Below, in pieces: positions 58,843 through 64,000 of a stretch of 64,000 nt of DNA. Every line of letters starts with the position of its first letter. The first letter of the stretch is position 1. This stretch comes from Promethearchaeia archaeon (GTDB lineage Archaea; Asgardarchaeota; Lokiarchaeia; Sigyniarchaeales; SOKP01). Made by a program: the position numbers and the translations under genes. The notes below the pieces were generated by a model. It was not told the DNA's origin, did not search any database, and worked only from the letters and a program-made list of their open reading frames with translations. Where the stretch lies: the NCBI GenBank assembly GCA_029856155.1, contig JAHQWL010000075.1, positions 55,561 to 119,560 of the forward strand, read 5' to 3'.

Positions 58843-61800
58843 ATGTCTGAATTAAGAGAGGAAATATTAGGAGGAGGTATTAATAAAAAGCGAATTATTG
58901 GTACAGTATTAATAGCAATGCTTTTAATTGGTATTTTTGCCTTCTCAATGACTTTCTATAGTTTTCTCTTTGGTTCTCAAAGACCAACTCCAAGTGAACA
59001 AAAAAAAAATACGCCAGAGGAGGACGCTTTATTAATAAAACCACCTTTTCCCTTTGATGAAGATTTTTGGAAAGATTTATTAGATGACTTTTTAGATAAC
59101 TTTAATCTTAGTCTTTTAGAAGATTTAAACATAGACAATGAAACTCTTATGGATATGTTATCTGATCTGCTTGATGGAGACCTAAGTGATCTAGATTTGG
59201 GAAATTTTTCTATAGGCCAACTTCTCCCCTTACTAGCCTTACTTGGTTTAGCAGGTGGTGGAGATATAGAAATATTTAGAGTATTTAACTACAATTCCTT
59301 AGATAACATGACAGATGTATTATGGAAATTTGAATGTTTTGACGAATATACTGGTGATGGATGGCATTCTACAGCAAGTTCAGGTACATATGATTTTTAC
59401 AATTTACTTGATTATTATTCCAAATATGATCAAGGTATAGATCTTTTAAAAATAAAAAAGCCCGTTCCTTCTCCTGAAATTGGAATAAATACTATGGTTA
59501 TACCAACACTTTTCCCTTCGCCATTTGTAATAGATGGAAGCGTGTATGCTCCTAACTTAAATTTAGGATCTACCACTCTTCATAAAAATGATTATAATTG
59601 CACTACACTAGATCTCTACTTTGATTCAACTGAAGGTGTAAATATGACATACGAAATGTTTGGTCTACACTTACCTACAGATCAAGAAATAAATAGTAGT
59701 GCTGTTGAAGCTACTTATACGCCATCATATATAAAAACCAAATATTTACAATTACCTCCAACAATAACGGTTTATAAAACCAATAATCCAAATTTCAATA
59801 CTCATTATAATACATTAAACACTATAATAAATGCCAATGAAAATGCTTTTGTAGTTGCTAATAAGATCAAGGATTATCTTAATACATACTTTAACCTTCC
59901 AATGACTTTTGAGGAAGTTAATAATTATGAAGCGGCTCCAGAAGGAACGGATATTGTTGAATGGTTTTGCCAAACCCAAACAGGATTATTTTCTGATTTT
60001 GCATCAGCTTTTTGTGCTTTTTCAAGAGCTTTTGGAGTAGCAAGCAGATTTGTTGACGGTTTCAATAGTTTTGGGATTGAAGAATTTACTGATTATGATG
60101 AAGGGCAAAACTGTTTTGCCATAAAATATGAAAACCTCTATAGTTGGGCAGAAATTTATGTCCCAACAGATATTTCTGGAAATGGTAAATGGGTTCAATT
60201 TGATATTAAACCATTAAATGTATTGGGAGGGAATTATAGTATAGAAGTTACTACAGACAAACTGAACTATACAAGACCAGATATTGTTTATATAAACGCT
60301 AATTTAACTTCTGGGAGTAATCCAGTTGAAAATGAACTTATTACTTTTACAGATTTAACAAGTAATGAAGTTATTGGCCAAAATTTTACAAATTCTTTTG
60401 GTATAGCTTCAATAGAATATAATTTAAATAATTCGCATGTTGTTGGTGCTCATGTAATTGAAGCAAAATATGATGATGTTACTTTTGATCAAACTAAAAT
60501 TGGTGTATTAGGGAATATTTCAATTATTTTATTAAATATTAATCCGAATATAGTAAATATCTCTGATACTCAACCAGATGTAGTCAATGTTCAAGGATAT
60601 CTTTATGATCCATTAAATGGTAAAGGAGTTAAAAATGCTCTTGTTGAAATTGTTTTGCTAGAAAAGGGGACAAGTACAGAAATATTTGGAGCTTTTAATA
60701 TTCCTTGGTTAGTTACCGATTCTAATGGCTATTTTGATGATTCTCTGAATCTAACTGTTAGTAATGCTGGACAATACGAAGTGAGGGCTGATTTTGATGG
60801 AACTTGGGTTATTAATTTGCCTTCAGAATTTTCATGGACAATTTCTAGTATCATAAATTCAAGCAATAGATTAGAATTAAATATTACTAAAGATCTAACA
60901 CCATGGTTCTATATTGATGGTATCCCGACTAGCATTCCAAATATTCCTCGTGTTTCTCGATACCAAAATCTAAATCTCACTGTAAAAGTGGTTTCAGCAA
61001 GTTTTGGACCAGTACCAAATAAATTAGTATCTTTTTATGATTATTCTAGAGGGGGGACTTTTATTGGATCTGATATTTCAGATGCAAATGGACTTGCCTC
61101 AATAAATTATTTTGTAGGGGATTATTGTGTCGCAGGACCCAATTTATTATATACTAGAATCGGTTTTCAAGAAAATTATTCTTATTTTGTTCTGAATGAA
61201 GAACCTACAATAAATATTATTTCTGGACCATCACCTCAAGTTATCAATCGTACTGGTGGTGGAACCACCCAATTTAATATTATAGGAGAAATTTATGATA
61301 GTACTAACAACTCTTTACCAATAAGTTATTCTGAAATTACTTTATTATTATTAAAAGGTGGAGCAGATTATTCTTCCTATTTAGTTCCAGGTGAAAGTTA
61401 TCCGTATCAAACCGATTCAACTGGTTCTTTTGATCTCACTTTTGGAGTTACTCCAACCACCCCACCAGGAAATTATACATTAAGATTAGATTTTAATGGA
61501 ACAATTAATTTATTCTTCAATCCTTATCCTTTTCCATTCAATTTACCATTTATTAATACTTCTACGGTTTTTAGTAATGATTTGCAAATCAAGGTCCCAG
61601 CTACATTAGGATTCAGCTTTTTGATTAATGGAACTACGTCTGATAATGTTTACATCCCAATTATTAATCGTTATGACGATCTCGATCTCACAGCTTATAT
61701 ACAATATGACGGGATTCCTATTGATGATGGAGAATGGGTTTACTTCTATGATGTGACTCAAGACAACCTTTTAATTGGTTCTGATCAAACGATTAATGGA

Positions 61801-63330
61801 ACTGCTCAAGTTACCTATTCTACAGGAAATAGTACTACAGCAGGTCCACATTTAATCTATGCCACATGGAACAATAATTATAATTATTCATATTTCATAT
61901 TAGATGCTCCTATTAATATTAATCTCGATGTCTGTCCTGAACCTATGAATATCAATCGTAGCGGCTTGATTGGTAGAAATTTCTTAATTCATGGATATCT
62001 AAACGATTCTTTTAATGAAAATCCTATAAAATATGGAGAGATTAATGTACTTTTGTATGACGGACCAACTGAAGTATCATTCTATTTAAATTTGGAATCA
62101 GGTTCTTTACAGCTTGGAGCTTCTGGAGAAATTGATCTCACATATTCTGTTTCAAGTTCAACGCCAGCTAAGAACTATATACTACGAATTGATTATAATG
62201 GTACATTTATTTATATAAATCCTAATTATCCTCAATATTTCGACCTATCTTATATAACAAATTTTTCTGATAGTGCATTAGGATTATATGATTTAAGAGT
62301 TCTTGATCCTGATGACTTAGATATATATTTCTTTATTGATGGAACTCCAACACAAACATTTTATTCGGATGGGAATCTTCCTCAAAGATATTCTGGAATT
62401 GAATTTATTAATTTTTCAGTCTTCGTTAATCAAAGTGATGATATAGTTACTTCAGGATTTGTTACATTCACTGATATTTATACTAGTACAATCTTAGGAA
62501 CTCCATCTATAAGTAATGGATTTGCTTCAATTTCAGTGGATACTTCTAGTTGGCACGGAGGACTCCATCGAATAGAAGTTCAGTGGTCAGGCTCTGCTGC
62601 CATAAATAGTACGTATGTAATTATTAATAAAACAGCGAGTATATTTGCTAGTATAAATCAATATACTTTAATTAGAAATATTAATAATATTATAGTTGAT
62701 GGCACACTTCAAGAAAATGGAGAATTGTTAAGAGGTTTAGAGGTTAATATTAGATTACTAGATGACACTTTAACTGATGTCACTTTATTGTACCTAAGTG
62801 GCTCCACATCAACAATTATTGACGATCTGGGCTATTATGAATTTGACAACCCTATTACACTAAATTGTCCTCAAGGGAATTATTCCATAAGAATTGACTT
62901 TAATGGAACTATTAATGCACCAGGCATATCTTTATCAAATTATTTGATTCATAATAGTAGTTTACGTATTCCAATAAATATATTAGCAGATACCTATATT
63001 ATAGGGAATTATGAAACCAATGTCGTTAAAGATGATTGGTATTATAGCGATGCATGCTATGTTTATGGATACCTTTATTGGGATAATGGAACTGCAATAG
63101 CAGGAATGGAGATTAATGTAACCATTAAGGACGGAACCGGAGCCATATTAGCTACTCAAACAGGTTTTACTGATGGCACTGGATTTTTTAATTTAACTTT
63201 TATTGTTGGAGATTGGCCAGATAATACTGAAGTGTGGGTAAACTTCTACCCTGAAGATTCAAATAATTTTGGTATTCCTGATGGATTATATATAATATCG
63301 ACGGAACAAGAGGTAAATAGGCAAACTTAA
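58843..63330 (+). CDS. large surface protein: transglutaminase-like domain plus multiple Ig-like repeats
   Basis: N-terminal TM; FASAF...SRAFG..SRFV.GF, SWAEIY, WVQFD; repeated TD..G.F and GPH.I beta modules; many N-x-S/T sequons. Confidence 0.85.
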   Translation: MSELREEILGGGINKKRIIGTVLIAMLLIGIFAFSMTFYSFLFGSQRPTPSEQKKNTPEEDALLIKPPFPFDEDFWKDLLDDFLDNFNLSLLEDLNIDNETLMDMLSDLLDGDLSDLDLGNFSIGQLLPLLALLGLAGGGDIEIFRVFNYNSLDNMTDVLWKFECFDEYTGDGWHSTASSGTYDFYNLLDYYSKYDQGIDLLKIKKPVPSPEIGINTMVIPTLFPSPFVIDGSVYAPNLNLGSTTLHKNDYNCTTLDLYFDSTEGVNMTYEMFGLHLPTDQEINSSAVEATYTPSYIKTKYLQLPPTITVYKTNNPNFNTHYNTLNTIINANENAFVVANKIKDYLNTYFNLPMTFEEVNNYEAAPEGTDIVEWFCQTQTGLFSDFASAFCAFSRAFGVASRFVDGFNSFGIEEFTDYDEGQNCFAIKYENLYSWAEIYVPTDISGNGKWVQFDIKPLNVLGGNYSIEVTTDKLNYTRPDIVYINANLTSGSNPVENELITFTDLTSNEVIGQNFTNSFGIASIEYNLNNSHVVGAHVIEAKYDDVTFDQTKIGVLGNISIILLNINPNIVNISDTQPDVVNVQGYLYDPLNGKGVKNALVEIVLLEKGTSTEIFGAFNIPWLVTDSNGYFDDSLNLTVSNAGQYEVRADFDGTWVINLPSEFSWTISSIINSSNRLELNITKDLTPWFYIDGIPTSIPNIPRVSRYQNLNLTVKVVSASFGPVPNKLVSFYDYSRGGTFIGSDISDANGLASINYFVGDYCVAGPNLLYTRIGFQENYSYFVLNEEPTINIISGPSPQVINRTGGGTTQFNIIGEIYDSTNNSLPISYSEITLLLLKGGADYSSYLVPGESYPYQTDSTGSFDLTFGVTPTTPPGNYTLRLDFNGTINLFFNPYPFPFNLPFINTSTVFSNDLQIKVPATLGFSFLINGTTSDNVYIPIINRYDDLDLTAYIQYDGIPIDDGEWVYFYDVTQDNLLIGSDQTINGTAQVTYSTGNSTTAGPHLIYATWNNNYNYSYFILDAPININLDVCPEPMNINRSGLIGRNFLIHGYLNDSFNENPIKYGEINVLLYDGPTEVSFYLNLESGSLQLGASGEIDLTYSVSSSTPAKNYILRIDYNGTFIYINPNYPQYFDLSYITNFSDSALGLYDLRVLDPDDLDIYFFIDGTPTQTFYSDGNLPQRYSGIEFINFSVFVNQSDDIVTSGFVTFTDIYTSTILGTPSISNGFASISVDTSSWHGGLHRIEVQWSGSAAINSTYVIINKTASIFASINQYTLIRNINNIIVDGTLQENGELLRGLEVNIRLLDDTLTDVTLLYLSGSTSTIIDDLGYYEFDNPITLNCPQGNYSIRIDFNGTINAPGISLSNYLIHNSSLRIPINILADTYIIGNYETNVVKDDWYYSDACYVYGYLYWDNGTAIAGMEINVTIKDGTGAILATQTGFTDGTGFFNLTFIVGDWPDNTEVWVNFYPEDSNNFGIPDGLYIISTEQEVNRQT

Positions 63331-63354
63331 AAAAAAAGGGTGAAATTAAGTTAA

Positions 63355-64000
63355 ATGAATAAACATAAGATTCCTCAATATTTTAACAAAAAGTTGAAAA
63401 TTTTTGGAATTTTAATTATATTTTTAATTATTTTAGTTAATTTTGCCTCATTTACTAATTTTAATTTTAAAGCAAGTTACTCTAATACAAAAAATAATCC
63501 AAAAATGTCTTGGCTTTGGGCAACACTAGAGCTCACAAACCCAAGTGAGGTACACAATAAGAGATTCTATCACTATTCATCAGTTTCTATAGAAGGTCGC
63601 CTTTACAATAAAATTGATGGAAGTAATAAATCGGGAGTAAATGTGGCTATAGAACTCAATGATGCTTTAGATATGGGTTATACGGATATTACCGATTCTT
63701 GGGGAAGATTTAATATAAATTATATAATTGATCCTTTACTCGACATTTATTCAAGTCATAAAATAGAAGTAATCGTGACCGATTCAGAACCTGGAGGTTC
63801 TGGGAGTGAAATTGAATATCTCAATTTCTATACTATCGAAGTAAATGCTTCATCTTATTTTAATATAGTTTCTCATGATGATATCTCAATCCCTAAATTA
63901 AGTGAAGAAGATTTCAATATAAATGGGTTTTTATATTATGATAATGGAAATGGAATCTCATCTGTGAGTGTTAATTATTATTGGTTAGCTGGATCTTCAA
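63355..64000 (+). CDS. secreted/surface Ig-like repeat protein (truncated by window end; not in ORF track)
   Basis: GGGTGA SD at 63338; ATG 63355 opens MNKHKIPQYFNKKLKIFGILIIFLIILVNF...; IEGRLY and TDSWGRF modules resemble the upstream gene; no stop before 64000. Confidence 0.8.
   Translation, partial: MNKHKIPQYFNKKLKIFGILIIFLIILVNFASFTNFNFKASYSNTKNNPKMSWLWATLELTNPSEVHNKRFYHYSSVSIEGRLYNKIDGSNKSGVNVAIELNDALDMGYTDITDSWGRFNINYIIDPLLDIYSSHKIEVIVTDSEPGGSGSEIEYLNFYTIEVNASSYFNIVSHDDISIPKLSEEDFNINGFLYYDNGNGISSVSVNYYWLAGSS

Overview
Very AT-rich archaeal chromosomal segment, most consistent with an Asgard archaeon of the Lokiarchaeia type. Support for this: archaeal Topo VI, MCM, GINS and Orc1/Cdc6, an intron-containing tRNA, and several eukaryotic-signature proteins (roadblock, longin, Rag-like and Rab-like GTPases, EMC6/OPTI-like). 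No rRNA, CRISPR array or intact mobile element is visible. The most striking item is an atypical condensin locus (about 19.8-27.7 kb). It has a degenerate Orc1/Cdc6, then a 1483-aa SMC with perfect ABC heads but no recognisable hinge or zinc hook, whose arms are built from about 97-aa and 90-aa repeat modules. Next come an ScpA whose frame extends upstream into a helix-extension-helix (SAP/Rho-N-like) domain missed by the ORF track because it lacks an ATG/GTG/TTG start, and an ScpB with a long acidic N-terminal tail. The same helix-extension-helix motif occurs in an oversized Topo VI B subunit. Other notable items: a longin protein with an FLCN/SMCR8-type 'ARG' arginine-finger motif near a Rag-like GTPase, a roadblock gene apparently starting at ATT, a box C/D sRNA candidate, a tRNA-Ala(CGC) with a 32/33 intron, and a 0.8-kb relic island bounded by a duplicated tRNA 3' end. 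All family assignments come from motif recognition by eye; no database searches were run.
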